Source: Acidimicrobiia bacterium
GTDB lineage: Bacteria > Actinomycetota > Acidimicrobiia > Spongiisociales > ZC4RG35
Assembly: GCA_028284765.1 (NCBI GenBank)
Contig: JANQRA010000003.1
Location: 144,500-208,499 of the forward strand
Direction of reading: 5' to 3'
DNA length: 64,000 nucleotides
Under the pieces are notes generated by a model. The model saw nothing but the letters and a program-made list of their open reading frames with translations, ran no database searches and was not told the origin of the DNA. Positions 29,683 to 40,155 of this stretch are shown one piece after another. Both the position numbers and the translations under genes were made by a program. Within the stretch, counting starts at the first letter, position 1. Every line of letters begins with the position of its first letter.

Positions 29683-31025
29683 CCGGGAAAGGAGACCTCG
29701 AATAGGTCCCATTCGTCCGGTACACCTTTGAGCTCGAACCGACCACAGGCCTCGAACTCCAAAGCCGAGCCGGCAACCAGGTCTTTCACCGTTCGACTCA
29801 CCATGATTCCGCCGGACTCTGCAACGTCCATGACACGGCTGGCGATGTGGACAGCCAGGCCAGCAACGTCACCGTCCCTGAGCTCGACTTCGCCCGTGTG
29901 CAACCCGGCCCGGATCGGAACCCCCATGTTCTGGAGCCCTTCGAGTAGTTCGATCGCACAGAGGATCGCCCGTTGTGGGCCGTCGAAGATGGCGAGGATC
30001 CCATCGCCGGTGCTCTTGATGAGTCGTCCACGATGCTGTTCGACGATCGAAGTGACAGTGTCCTTGTGGGCTGCCAGGAGGTCGAGCCATCGATCCTCAC
30101 CCACGTCGGCGGCCATGGCCGTGGAGCCGACGATGTCTGTGAACAGGACGGTGGCCAGCATCCGGTCTGAGTCGATCTGTTGGCGGTCGCCCGTCAGGAA
30201 CTCCTGGATCTCGTCGAGGATCGGCCCGAAGTCACCGGCGTAGAAGGGGAGTGTGTCGGCACCCGTCATCTCTACGTAGGTGGCATCGAGTCTCTCGGCG
30301 ATGAACTGCCCATAGGCAGCACGGTGGAACCGTGCATCTTTCCGGTTTAGGACCAAGGTTCTCGCCTGGACTGACGGCAAGACACCGCGAACGTCGGTGT
30401 TGGCAATCCAGGTGAGGGCTTCGCCACCAGTCCCTGGTGGCATGGAGAGGCGATTCTGCCGTAGCCAGGACTCGCCAAACCGACGGTCTTCGGCCATGGA
30501 TGGCGCCACCAATCGCAGGGGCGCAGTGGAGTGCCCGTAGTTGTCCTTCCACTGCTTGGCGAGGGATTCCAAGACTTCGTCAGGCGCGCCAATCGGATAG
30601 TCGTCGTCCCTGCGAATACGAGTAAAGCTATTGATCAGGATCAGGTCGGTGAACCGGTCCGGGTGGAGGGCGGCCAAGACGAGTGCCAGAGTCCCTCCTT
30701 CGACATCCCCGATCAAGACTGCTTCTTCAAACTCGACCTTGTCGAGGACGGCCATGACGTCGTCGAGGTGTTCCTCGACCGGGAGCGCTCGCCCGGTTCC
30801 ATGGTGATCGGACACACCGGTGCCCCGTTTGTCGATGAAGACGACCCGACCGAAGGTCCCAAGTCGTTCCAGGTAGCGCCGAGCGGCAGGTTCTTCCCAG
30901 ATGACTTCCACATTGGTCAGCCAGTTGGTGATGAAAACGATGCTGCGAGACCCGTTTCCGAACACCTGATATCCCACGAACCCTCCGGGTGTCTCGCAGT
31001 ACTGGGTCTTTGGGGCTGCCATCAC
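29679..31025 (-). CDS. Alpha/beta-hydrolase fused to a class III adenylate/guanylate cyclase (LipJ-like architecture)
   Basis: 448 aa. The C-terminal catalytic domain [12 protein letters not shown]...[11 protein letters not shown]...GLHTGEV is a class III cyclase. The N-terminal half has an alpha/beta-hydrolase fold. Confidence 0.8.
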   Translation of the reverse strand: MMAAPKTQYCETPGGFVGYQVFGNGSRSIVFITNWLTNVEVIWEEPAARRYLERLGTFGRVVFIDKRGTGVSDHHGTGRALPVEEHLDDVMAVLDKVEFEEAVLIGDVEGGTLALVLAALHPDRFTDLILINSFTRIRRDDDYPIGAPDEVLESLAKQWKDNYGHSTAPLRLVAPSMAEDRRFGESWLRQNRLSMPPGTGGEALTWIANTDVRGVLPSVQARTLVLNRKDARFHRAAYGQFIAERLDATYVEMTGADTLPFYAGDFGPILDEIQEFLTGDRQQIDSDRMLATVLFTDIVGSTAMAADVGEDRWLDLLAAHKDTVTSIVEQHRGRLIKSTGDGILAIFDGPQRAILCAIELLEGLQNMGVPIRAGLHTGEVELRDGDVAGLAVHIASRVMDVAESGGIMVSRTVKDLVAGSALEFEACGRFELKGVPDEWDLFEVSFPG

Positions 31026-31072
31026 CAGGCACCTTATTGGCTGCCCGGTCGGTACCCTGCGCCACCGTGAGG

Positions 31073-31588
31073 ATGTTCACCAAAGCCGGTAGGGCGGCAA
31101 TATTCGACCGCGGTGTCTATACCGAGGCCTTCTTTGACGACGACACGATGGCTGACGGCGCGCTGGTTGTGGCTGCCGTTGGCGCCCTGACGTATGTCGG
31201 CATCCTGGTCCGCTTTGGCCGACTCGACGCGTTCAGCGTCACCGACCTATTCGCCCTGCTGATCGGGTCGGTGGCCTCTTGGTTGATACTGGGTTTCGCC
31301 ACATGGTTTGCAGCGACCCGTCTGTTCAATGCAAGCGCACGCCCCCAGACTCTCATTGGGCTCCAGGGTCTCGCCGCTCTTCCACTCCTCCTGGACATCC
31401 TTGGATCGCCCTTCTCCTGGATTGGGTTCCTCTGGTATCTGGCGGTCCTGGTCCTGGCTACGAAGGAAGGGGCAGACCTCGACTTTCGGACTGCGAGTGT
31501 GTCGGTGCTTATCGGGGCGGCAGCAGCCGCTCTAGTCAGAGCCTTGCTCAATGTGCCTTTTGGTCTGTTGAGCGGTGTGTTCGCCTGA
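31073..31588 (+). CDS. Yip1-like polytopic membrane protein
   Basis: Internal ATG (MFTKAGRAAIFDRGVYTEAFFDDD...) with 4-5 transmembrane helices. The longer ORF-track start at 30989 would overlap the cyclase gene. Confidence 0.45.
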   Translation: MFTKAGRAAIFDRGVYTEAFFDDDTMADGALVVAAVGALTYVGILVRFGRLDAFSVTDLFALLIGSVASWLILGFATWFAATRLFNASARPQTLIGLQGLAALPLLLDILGSPFSWIGFLWYLAVLVLATKEGADLDFRTASVSVLIGAAAAALVRALLNVPFGLLSGVFA

Positions 31589-31591
31589 GAG

Positions 31592-32323
31592 ATGGCGATC
31601 TATCGTCTCGACCTTGCCTATGACGGCTCCGGGTTCCGGGGCTATGCACGTCAGGAAGGCCAGCGAACGGTTCAGGGGGAGTTGGAGCAGGCGTTAGCGA
31701 CTCTGCTCAAAGGGAGTGTCCCAACATCGGTCGCCGGTCGCACCGACGCCGGAGTCCACGCGCTCGGCCAGGTCGTGTCGTTCCCGTACGACGAGACGAT
31801 CGACGCTTTCAGATTCAAGCGGAGCCTGAACGGTCTGATCGGCCCAGAGGTTTCAGTCAGTCGTGTTTCAGAGGTGCCTGACGGCTTCAGCGCGAGGTTC
31901 TCGGCCAAATGGCGACGCTACCGCTACTTGATCGACCAATCCGAGGCGATCAACCCCCTGAGCAGGGGTTACGTGTGGCATGTCAAACAGGAGTTAGACA
32001 GCGATGCCATGGGGCAGGTCGGGGTGGGGTTCATCGGCGAGCACGACTTCACCTCCTTCTGCAAGTCGGTCGAAGGCAAGAGCAATGTCAGACGGGTGAC
32101 GGAGCTGACGCTCACGACGACGGGCCCGGAGATCGAGTTGACCATCGAGGCCAATGCCTTCTGTCATCAAATGGTGCGGTCAGTGGTCGGCTATCTGTAC
32201 GACGTGGGCCGAGGCTTCAGCAAGGCATCTGCCAGCGAAGTCATCGAAGCTCGTGATCGGGCGGCGGTTGCCACGGTTGCGCCACCTCACGGGCTGACTC
32301 TCATGGCTGTCGGATACGACTGA
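31592..32323 (+). CDS. truA: tRNA pseudouridine(38-40) synthase
   Basis: 243 aa, [14 protein letters not shown]...[15 protein letters not shown]. Confidence 0.9.
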   Translation: MAIYRLDLAYDGSGFRGYARQEGQRTVQGELEQALATLLKGSVPTSVAGRTDAGVHALGQVVSFPYDETIDAFRFKRSLNGLIGPEVSVSRVSEVPDGFSARFSAKWRRYRYLIDQSEAINPLSRGYVWHVKQELDSDAMGQVGVGFIGEHDFTSFCKSVEGKSNVRRVTELTLTTTGPEIELTIEANAFCHQMVRSVVGYLYDVGRGFSKASASEVIEARDRAAVATVAPPHGLTLMAVGYD

Positions 32324-32429
32324 ACGCGATTGGCCTAGTCAGCAGCTTGCGAATATCATTGTGTCCGCTTCGTTCGAAGCCGTTTCCCCAAACGCTCCCC
32401 GTGCTTTCAGCATGCGAGGAATCTCAAAT

Positions 32430-32888
32430 ATGACAATGAACAAGACCTATTCGCCCAAACCGGGCGATATCGAACGTGCCTGGCACGTCGTGGACGCGAC
32501 CGACCTCCCATTGGGCAGGCTGGCGTCCGAGATCGCACAGGTTCTACGTGGCAAGCACAAGCCCACCTACGCACCGCACATGGACACCGGTGACTTCGTG
32601 GTTGTCGTGAACGCCGACAAAGTCGTCGTTACCAGCGACAAGACACAGTCGAAGATCTATTACCGCCACTCCGGCTACCCCGGAGGCATCAAGGCGGAGA
32701 CATTCGCATCCCTCAAGGAGCGGCGTCCGGAAGCGATCATGGAACGTGCCGTCAAGGGCATGCTCCCCAAGAACAAGCTTGGCCGGAAGATGGCCACCAA
32801 GCTGAAGGTCTACGCCGGCCCGGATCATCCGCACACCGCGCAGAGCCCTCAGCCCCTCGAATTCAACATCCGAAAGGTGGAAGCCTGA
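32430..32888 (+). CDS. rplM: 50S ribosomal protein L13
   Basis: Internal ATG with a GAGGAA ribosome-binding site 9 nt upstream. [23 protein letters not shown]... Confidence 0.9.
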   Translation: MTMNKTYSPKPGDIERAWHVVDATDLPLGRLASEIAQVLRGKHKPTYAPHMDTGDFVVVVNADKVVVTSDKTQSKIYYRHSGYPGGIKAETFASLKERRPEAIMERAVKGMLPKNKLGRKMATKLKVYAGPDHPHTAQSPQPLEFNIRKVEA

Positions 32889-33280
32889 TGGCAAAGCCCC
32901 TAGTTCAGACGACCGGTCGCCGTAAGGAGTCGGTGGCTCGTGTTCGGTTCCACAACGGATCCGGTCAGGTCACGCTCAACGGCAAGCCGCTCGAGGCCTA
33001 CTTCCCAACGATGGCAACTCGGATGCGCGTCATGGAGCCGCTGAGCATGACTCAGACCCAGGGTCGGTACGACATCGACGCAACGCTCGACGGTGGTGGG
33101 ACAACCGGACAGGCGGATGCTCTTCGTCTCGGGATCTCCCGTGGCTTGGTTGAGCTCGAGCCAGAACTGCGTGATCAACTGAAGAAGGCCGGAATGCTCA
33201 CCCGTGACTCCAGGATCGTGGAGAGCAAGAAGTACGGCCTCCGCAAAGCACGACGCGCTCCTCAGTACACCAAGCGCTAA
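32888..33280 (+). CDS. rpsI: 30S ribosomal protein S9
   Basis: 130 aa ending ...KARRAPQYTKR. Confidence 0.95.
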   Translation: MAKPLVQTTGRRKESVARVRFHNGSGQVTLNGKPLEAYFPTMATRMRVMEPLSMTQTQGRYDIDATLDGGGTTGQADALRLGISRGLVELEPELRDQLKKAGMLTRDSRIVESKKYGLRKARRAPQYTKR

Positions 33281-34627
33281 GTGGATCTCCGTCGTCTTCT
33301 CGACGATGGCAAGCCCATCTTCGGCACCGACGGAGTCCGTGGGGTTGCCGGATCTGAGCTGACCTCCGAACTCGCCATGGAGATCGGCCGCGCCGCCGGC
33401 TCCTGGCTGAACGGTGGCCCGGTCCTGATCGGCCGTGACACCCGCCGATCGGGTTCGATGCTCTCGTCGGCGATCCAAGCTGGGTTCCACTCTGTGGGAA
33501 TCGACACCATCGATGTTGGCGTCATGCCAACTGGCGGTATTGCCTTCCTCACCGCATCGAGTGGCGCCACGATGGGCGTGATTGTCTCGGCATCGCACAA
33601 TCCGGCGGACGACAACGGCATCAAGCTTCTCTCCGCACGCGGCACCAAGCTCCCGGACGAGGTGGAGCGTGAGCTTGAAGATCGGATGCGTTCCCATGGG
33701 CGGGAGATTGCAGTCGGCTCATCGATCGGATACCGGCAGGAAGATCACGAGGCCTACGACCGGTATCTCGACCACCTGGTTTCGACGTCCAAATACTCCT
33801 TCAACGGTCTCAGGGTTGCCCTGGACTGCGCTAATGGCTCGGCCTACAAGGCCGCCCCCGACCTCTTTGCCCGCTTCAACTCAGATGTCGAGGTCTACTT
33901 CGCCGAGCCGGACGGAACCAACATCAACCGGGGGTGCGGCGCTACTCATCCTGAGTCTCTCGCTGGCCATGCCGACGGCCGTATCGGCCTCTCCTTCGAC
34001 GGTGACGCTGATCGTTTGATGGCAGTGGACGAAGACGGCGTCGTGGCCAACGGCGATGTGATCATGGCGATCATCGCCCGACACATGAAGGGTCAGGGGA
34101 AGCTCCGCAGAGACATGGTTGTGGCCACCGTGATGTCGAACTTCGGGTTCCGCAAGGCCATGGCCGAGTCGGAAGTGGAAGTGGTGGAGACCCCGGTAGG
34201 GGACCGGTACGTGATGGAGGCGATCACCGAGACTGGGGCCATCTTGGGCGGAGAGCAGTCGGGTCACATCATTTTCGCTGAGCACGCCAAGACCGGTGAC
34301 GGCCTACTCACCGCCGTGCAGCTGCTCAACGTGGTCGCGGGTACGGGGAAGGAGCTCCGGGAGCTCCGTGCCGAGACGATCACCGAGTACCCACAGGTGC
34401 TCGTCAACGTCGAGATGCCACGGTCGGTTGACGTCGAGGAGGTCACCGAACTGTGGGACGAGGTCGCTCTGGTCCAAGAGGAACTCGGCGAGGATGGACG
34501 GGTCCTGGTCCGGCCCTCGGGAACGGAGCCGTTGGTCAGGATCATGGTTGAAGCTGCTTCCCAATCGGAGGCAAGCGGGTACGCTGACCGTCTGGCGAAA
34601 GTCGCCAAAGAAGCAATAGGGAGTTGA
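33281..34627 (+). CDS. glmM: Phosphoglucosamine mutase
   Basis: GTG start, FGTDGVRGVAG, active-site serine loop SASHNPADDNGIK. Confidence 0.93.
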   Translation: MDLRRLLDDGKPIFGTDGVRGVAGSELTSELAMEIGRAAGSWLNGGPVLIGRDTRRSGSMLSSAIQAGFHSVGIDTIDVGVMPTGGIAFLTASSGATMGVIVSASHNPADDNGIKLLSARGTKLPDEVERELEDRMRSHGREIAVGSSIGYRQEDHEAYDRYLDHLVSTSKYSFNGLRVALDCANGSAYKAAPDLFARFNSDVEVYFAEPDGTNINRGCGATHPESLAGHADGRIGLSFDGDADRLMAVDEDGVVANGDVIMAIIARHMKGQGKLRRDMVVATVMSNFGFRKAMAESEVEVVETPVGDRYVMEAITETGAILGGEQSGHIIFAEHAKTGDGLLTAVQLLNVVAGTGKELRELRAETITEYPQVLVNVEMPRSVDVEEVTELWDEVALVQEELGEDGRVLVRPSGTEPLVRIMVEAASQSEASGYADRLAKVAKEAIGS

Positions 34628-34653
34628 TGGGTCAACTGAAGTGACATAAGAGA

Positions 34654-34840
34654 AGCGCCTGGCCTCGGTTGGATCTTTGATCGAATTCGAGGTGACGAGG
34701 AGGAAGGTCATCGAAACACTCGGCGGATGCCTTCCCGGCCAGCCACGGTCGATATGGGTGAGAAGAAAACCCGGGAGCGATTCCGGAACAGAGGCTCACT
34801 CAACGGGTAGCCGGACATCGGCTAGTCACACAGTCCCCCT
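34654..34840 (+). ncRNA. glmS ribozyme: glmS ribozyme (GlcN6P-responsive self-cleaving riboswitch) in the glmS 5'UTR
   Basis: Cleavage-site context A|GCGCC at 34654-34659. The core GACGAGGAGGAAGGUCAUCGAAACACUCGGCGGAUGCCUUCCCGGCC aligns almost position-for-position with the conserved Bacillus core GACGAGGAUGGAGGUUAUCGAAUUUUCGGCGGAUGCCUCCCGGCUG. Confidence 0.8.
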
Positions 34841-34860
34841 GACTCCAGGAAGGAATACTC

Positions 34861-36687
34861 ATGTGTGGAATCGTTGGCTATGTAGGCCCGCGTCCGGTGA
34901 CCGATGTCCTCGTGCCCGGTCTGGCCCATCTCGAATACCGGGGGTACGACTCGGCCGGGGTGGCCCTCAACACAGGCACCTCTTTCGATCTGATCAAGAC
35001 TGCGGGTCGCATTGCGGACCTCGAAGCACTAGTTGACGCCGAAGACCATTCCAATGCTCTGTCTGGCATTGGTCACACCAGGTGGGCTACGCACGGCGCT
35101 CCCAATACCGTCAATGCACACCCGCATACGGATGAGGCAGGAGACGTGGTCGTCGTTCACAACGGGATCATCGAGAACTGGGCCGACTTGAAGAAGAAGC
35201 TCGTTGAGTCGGGTCATGAGTTCATCTCCGACACTGACACCGAGGTTGTGGCCCACATGGTTGCCGACCGAGCGGACATGACACTTCGCGATGCAGTCAC
35301 CGACATCATGAATCAGGCAGAGGGTGCGCTCGCTCTCGCCGTCATGCGAAAGAGCGAGCCAGACTTGATCATCGGAGCCAGACGAGGGTCCCCTTTGGTC
35401 GTGGGCCGCGGTGACGGGGAGAACTTCCTGGCGTCCGACATCCCCGCCTTTCTCGAACACACCCGGGAGATGGTGATCATCGAAGATGACCGGGTGGTCG
35501 AGGTGCGTCCCGAATCGGTACGACTCTTCGATCTCGAGGGCAACGAGCTCGAGCCAGAGCACCGGAAGATCGATTGGGACTTCGAGGCCGCCGAGAAGGG
35601 TGGCTATCCCACGTTCATGCTCAAAGAGATTCATGAGCAACCCCATGCGATCGCGGACACGCTTGCCGGAAGACTCTCTGAAACAGGTCGCGTCGTGCTC
35701 AATGACTTGGATCTCGACCCGGTGCTGCTCCGGTCGATCGACAAGGTCTTCGTAATCGCGTGCGGCACTTCGTACCACGCGGCGATGATGGCCAAATACG
35801 CAATCGAGCGCTGGACCCGGCTGCCCGTCGAGATCGACATTGCATCCGAGTTTCGATACCGGGACCCGGTTCTCGACGACCGTTCTCTGGTGATTGGCAT
35901 CAGCCAGTCGGGGGAGACGATCGACACTCTGGCGGCGGTCCGCTACGCGAAGGCACAGGGCGCCAAGCTGATCGGTGTTTCGAACGTCATCGACTCTGCC
36001 TTGGCCAGAGAGTCGCATGCAGTGCTGTACACGAGGGCCGGGCTGGAGATCGGGGTCGCTGCGACCAAGACGTTCACTACCCAGTTGGTTGCAATGCAGC
36101 TTCTCGGGCTCTACCTGGCACAGGTCAGAGGAACACTCGACCCGGGCGCGATCGAGCTATTGGTTAGGGAACTCGAGCAGCTACCCGAGCAGGTAGCGAC
36201 AGCCTTGGAGTCGTCGGCTGCGATAGAAGAGCTGACGCGAGGATGGGCAGACGTCCGCGACTACTTCTTCCTGGGCCGATCGGGCGATTTCCCGGTGGCC
36301 ATGGAGGGGGCGCTGAAGCTCAAGGAGATCGCTTACGTCCGAGCCGAGGGATACGCCGCCGGTGAGATGAAACACGGCCCAATCGCCCTCATCGAGGAGG
36401 GGGTTGTAGTGGTCGGTGTGGCGACTGACACTCACGTCCAGGCCAAGACCCTGTCCAATATGGAGGAGATGAAGGCCCGGGGCGGCACCATCGTCCTGGT
36501 GGCTGAAGAGGACGACGACGTGGGTGAGGTTGCCGATCATGTCATCCGCGTTCCGTCAGCATCTGACTTGATCTGCACGGTCACCGCCGTGATCCCGCTG
36601 CAGCTGTTGTCATATCACGTAGCGACGGCCCGCGGCCTCGACGTCGACAAGCCGCGGAATCTCGCCAAGACGGTCACGGTGGAGTGA
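34861..36687 (+). CDS. glmS: Glutamine--fructose-6-phosphate aminotransferase
   Basis: 608 aa. N-terminal MCGIVGYVG (Cys nucleophile) and two SIS domains. Confidence 0.96.
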   Translation: MCGIVGYVGPRPVTDVLVPGLAHLEYRGYDSAGVALNTGTSFDLIKTAGRIADLEALVDAEDHSNALSGIGHTRWATHGAPNTVNAHPHTDEAGDVVVVHNGIIENWADLKKKLVESGHEFISDTDTEVVAHMVADRADMTLRDAVTDIMNQAEGALALAVMRKSEPDLIIGARRGSPLVVGRGDGENFLASDIPAFLEHTREMVIIEDDRVVEVRPESVRLFDLEGNELEPEHRKIDWDFEAAEKGGYPTFMLKEIHEQPHAIADTLAGRLSETGRVVLNDLDLDPVLLRSIDKVFVIACGTSYHAAMMAKYAIERWTRLPVEIDIASEFRYRDPVLDDRSLVIGISQSGETIDTLAAVRYAKAQGAKLIGVSNVIDSALARESHAVLYTRAGLEIGVAATKTFTTQLVAMQLLGLYLAQVRGTLDPGAIELLVRELEQLPEQVATALESSAAIEELTRGWADVRDYFFLGRSGDFPVAMEGALKLKEIAYVRAEGYAAGEMKHGPIALIEEGVVVVGVATDTHVQAKTLSNMEEMKARGGTIVLVAEEDDDVGEVADHVIRVPSASDLICTVTAVIPLQLLSYHVATARGLDVDKPRNLAKTVTVE

Positions 36688-36730
36688 GCACCAGTTGCGG
36701 TTGATCCGAACCTGACAAGACTGTCAGGCC

Positions 36731-38185
36731 ATGGGCGGTGGGGAATACAGGTTTCGGGTGACCCTCTGGGTCAGCGCCGGGGTAGCGGCGTTGACCGCTT
36801 TGCTGGTCGTCCCTTTTCCGTTTGGCGGAGACCAGGCTCTCTTTGCGGTGTTTGCCCGGATGATGGGGGACGGATCGCTCCTGTATGTGGAAATCTGGGA
36901 CGTCAAGCAGCCAGGAGTCTTTTGGTTCTTCGGGCTGGCAGGGGCCTGGAACGGATATTCCGAGATCGGGATTCACCTGGTTGAAGCTCTGCTTTGGATC
37001 GGCGGTTCGATCGGGCTCACATTCATGTCGAAACCTCGTCTGCGGCGAGAGTGGATCGCAGCCCTCTTTCCTGTGGCAGCTGCCGGGATCTTTTTCGCTA
37101 CCGCGGCCGTGGGCAACTTGACCCAGGTCGAGTCGCTGATGGCTCTTCCGCTGGCGTCGGTCGTCCTTCTTCTGGCGGATGAGGGCAACAGCCGTCGGAA
37201 GGCGTTTGCTGCCGGGTTGGTGACCGGTGTCATCGCGTTGTTCAAGTTCTTAACTGTCCTCGCTCCAATTGCAGTCCTCGCCGTCGCGGCGATCGTGAGA
37301 AGGGGCGAGGTGAGCTTCAGGGATCTGTTCAGCAGACTCCTAGCTCCCTTTGCGGTGGGATCACTCCTGCCACTGCTGGCCTTGGCAGTCTGGGTTGCCA
37401 TGTCCGGTGTCGTGGACGAGGTGTTATTCACTTGGTTTGAGTATCCGCCCCAGGTTCTCGGCATCGAACCCCGACCGCTCTCCCGCTTGCTGGACTCCTT
37501 CGTGTGGTTCGGGATCGCCTTCGGCTCAGTCGGCTTGCTGGCCCTCTTTCGCCTGATCGCGAGGCCCGCGTACCAGCGGCGTTTGACTTATCTGGCTTTT
37601 GCCGGAGTCGCCGGGGCGGTACTGGTTGCCCTCCTCCAGATCTGGTGGGCGTATCTCTTTCTCCTTGCGGTGGGGCCTCTGACGATCCTTGCCCTCCAAG
37701 GCCTGGACGACCTTTGGGAGCACCGGTGGCGCAAGGTCGGTCTTCCTGTCGTGGTACTCGCGTTGGTTCCGGCTTTGCTGCTCGCTGGAGAAAAGGCGAT
37801 CGATCTGGCAGGCCTGATAGGAGGGGAATCGCTCGAGGAATACAGGGAGTTCAGCGTGAGCTACCGGGGTGCCACGGAAGCAGTCGAGTTGGGCGGAATC
37901 GGTGAAGGCGACAACGTTTACGTCTTGGGTGATCCTCTTGTGCTTCAGATCTCTGGGGCCGATCAGTCGATCCCGGTCAATGGCTGGTCGCCGGAATTTT
38001 GGACGGCGGACGTTTGGCGGTGGGTCGGCGACGACCTCCAACGTCCAGGTACTGAGCTTTTGCTCATCGAGAACTGGGCGGCTCGGCTGGCCGAGGAGCG
38101 AGCACCGTGGTTGCTCGACGAGATCGACTTGCGATACGTCGAGCTGGCGTCGGATGATGGAGGAACCTGGTACGTCCCTCGCTGA
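36731..38185 (+). CDS. GT-C superfamily (ArnT/PMT-like) polytopic membrane glycosyltransferase
   Basis: 484 aa, about 11 transmembrane helices, acidic/aromatic first-loop motif GGDQALF...YVEIWDVKQPGVFWFFG. Confidence 0.5.
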   Translation: MGGGEYRFRVTLWVSAGVAALTALLVVPFPFGGDQALFAVFARMMGDGSLLYVEIWDVKQPGVFWFFGLAGAWNGYSEIGIHLVEALLWIGGSIGLTFMSKPRLRREWIAALFPVAAAGIFFATAAVGNLTQVESLMALPLASVVLLLADEGNSRRKAFAAGLVTGVIALFKFLTVLAPIAVLAVAAIVRRGEVSFRDLFSRLLAPFAVGSLLPLLALAVWVAMSGVVDEVLFTWFEYPPQVLGIEPRPLSRLLDSFVWFGIAFGSVGLLALFRLIARPAYQRRLTYLAFAGVAGAVLVALLQIWWAYLFLLAVGPLTILALQGLDDLWEHRWRKVGLPVVVLALVPALLLAGEKAIDLAGLIGGESLEEYREFSVSYRGATEAVELGGIGEGDNVYVLGDPLVLQISGADQSIPVNGWSPEFWTADVWRWVGDDLQRPGTELLLIENWAARLAEERAPWLLDEIDLRYVELASDDGGTWYVPR

Positions 38186-38187
38186 CG

Positions 38188-39030
38188 TCAAGACGGTTTC
38201 GTGGCAGTGGCCGAGATGAGGTCGTCGAATCGGTAGGGGATGGCCAGACGGTCGGCGCGAGTCGCCTGCATCGTCTTGATCAGTGCGTTGCCCAGCGAGT
38301 CGGGCAGTTTCGTGGCCACTACACCGGCGTATCCGCCGACCCCCACCTGTTTGGCCCACTTCTCGATCCGGACGTCTTGGAATCGGATGCGTTTCAGAGC
38401 GTCTTGGAGGCCACGTTCCGTAAAGAGGTGCAGAACACTTGGCGGAGAGAGCTGTTGCCATCTGGATCCAAAGCGGGTGGCCGTTTTGGACTCCAGGTCC
38501 CATGTCTCGATGAAGAGTCTGCCTCCTGGCTTCAGAATTCGAAAGGCCTCTTCCAGGTGCGTGCCGGGGTCCGGCATGTGCTCGAGAACCTGACCAAACA
38601 CGATCCCGTCGGCGAGTTCGCTGTCGATCGCAGCCAGATCAGGCACCACTACGTGGCCCTTCCGTTCAGCAAGGCCGGTGGCATGCGTCGAGATCTCAAC
38701 ACCAACGGCCTCCCACCCTCTGTGCCTGGCGCGGTCGAGCGTGTATCCGAAGGCTGATCCGACGTCGACCACTGACGGCGCATCGCGAGTGTTGATGTCA
38801 AGAGCGTCCAGCCGCCGATCCGAGGTCTTCAAGTGAATCTTTTCATCGGATGAATAGGCCTGATACCCACCCGCTTTGCGTCCGGCGAAATAGTCGGCCT
38901 CGTAGTAGTCATCGGGGGTTATCCCGGATAGAGATGCGGAGCCGCAACTGCTGCAGCGTGCGTAGGTGTAGTCGGCTACCCGTATGGGAGGGCCATTCAT
39001 GCCCCCGTCGCACAGTGTGCAGTTGCTCAT
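38188..39030 (-). CDS. Class I SAM-dependent methyltransferase with an N-terminal Cys4 zinc ribbon
   Basis: C-x2-C...C-x2-C at the N-terminus and a LKPGGRLFIETWD methyltransferase fold. Confidence 0.75.
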   Translation of the reverse strand: MSNCTLCDGGMNGPPIRVADYTYARCSSCGSASLSGITPDDYYEADYFAGRKAGGYQAYSSDEKIHLKTSDRRLDALDINTRDAPSVVDVGSAFGYTLDRARHRGWEAVGVEISTHATGLAERKGHVVVPDLAAIDSELADGIVFGQVLEHMPDPGTHLEEAFRILKPGGRLFIETWDLESKTATRFGSRWQQLSPPSVLHLFTERGLQDALKRIRFQDVRIEKWAKQVGVGGYAGVVATKLPDSLGNALIKTMQATRADRLAIPYRFDDLISATATKPS

Positions 39031-39090
39031 CCGGTCAAGATAGAAGGGACAGGGTCGACAACTGAACCCCTGTTCTTAGGCTGTGTCGAG

Positions 39091-40155
39091 ATGTCCGATG
39101 AACTCAAGCCCACCAGGGGGCGGGTGATGGTGGTCACGGCGAGCAATCGCCGACGTGGTGCTGAAGTCTTTGCCTCCCAACTCGGCCCGGGACTCAGTGA
39201 TTGCGGGTGGGAGGTAGACCTTGTCAGCCTGGAAGGCTCCGAAGACAGGGTTGCTATCGACTCAGAAGTGTTGGCAGACGACCTCAAGGGCAGATTCGAT
39301 CTGCGAACGGCCGGTGCGCTTCGGAAACGTGTTGCGGATCGTGCCCCCGATGTGATTCTCGCCATGGGTGGCTCGACCCTCAGATACTGCGTGTTCGCCA
39401 AAGGCGGAACACCGCTCGTCTATTTCGCTATCGGCGAGCCCCACTATTGGATCAGGTCGTCCAGGGCGCTGCGTATCAACAGGTTCCTCTTGCGACGCAC
39501 TGATTGGATCTTGGCGGTATCTCACATGACCGCCTCTCAACTCGAGGAGATGGAACCGAACGTGAAGGGGTCGGTTTCGGTGGCGTACACCGGTGTGTCG
39601 TTGACCGGCGGCGATCCGACGCCACCAAGCCAGGTCGGGCTGCGAGTGCTGATGGTGGGCAGCCTGTCTGATGAGAAGGATCCATTGTTGGGAATCGAGT
39701 CGGTCCTCGAAGTTGAAGGAGCCGTGCTGAGGCTGGTGGGTACAGGCCCGCTCGAGCCCGCAATCCGAGAGAAGGTCGCCGCCCTCGAGATCGGTGATCG
39801 TGTCGAACTGGTTGGTGCGGTCGAAGAAGTCGAAGAGCACTACCAATGGGCAGATGTCTTGCTTCTGACGTCTCGAACTGAAGGGCTGCCTGGGGTGATC
39901 ATCGAGGCAGCTGCACACGGGGTTCCGGCCGTCGGTGTCCAGGTCGGAGGTGTTGCCGAGGCGATTGCCGACGGCGGCATCGTCGTGGACCGGGAGCGTG
40001 CGTCCATCGCTCGGGCTCTGTACCAGCTCGAACAGGACCCCGCACTCGTCGCGCGTTTGGGTTCTAGTGCTAGGGAGCGGGTGCGACGAGAATTCAGCCT
40101 CGAGAAAGCGATCGACACGTTCGATCGTGCCCTGAGAGAGCAGAGTTCGTTGTGA
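39091..40155 (+). CDS. Glycosyltransferase family 4
   Basis: 354 aa, EGLPGVIIEAAAHGVPAV (E-x7-E region). Confidence 0.8.
   Translation: MSDELKPTRGRVMVVTASNRRRGAEVFASQLGPGLSDCGWEVDLVSLEGSEDRVAIDSEVLADDLKGRFDLRTAGALRKRVADRAPDVILAMGGSTLRYCVFAKGGTPLVYFAIGEPHYWIRSSRALRINRFLLRRTDWILAVSHMTASQLEEMEPNVKGSVSVAYTGVSLTGGDPTPPSQVGLRVLMVGSLSDEKDPLLGIESVLEVEGAVLRLVGTGPLEPAIREKVAALEIGDRVELVGAVEEVEEHYQWADVLLLTSRTEGLPGVIIEAAAHGVPAVGVQVGGVAEAIADGGIVVDRERASIARALYQLEQDPALVARLGSSARERVRREFSLEKAIDTFDRALREQSSL

Noticed and set aside
29679-31025. Hydrolase-cyclase fusion as a novel signalling protein.
   Set aside because: Alpha/beta-hydrolase plus class III cyclase fusions (LipJ type) are already known in actinobacteria. 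It is reported as a feature only.
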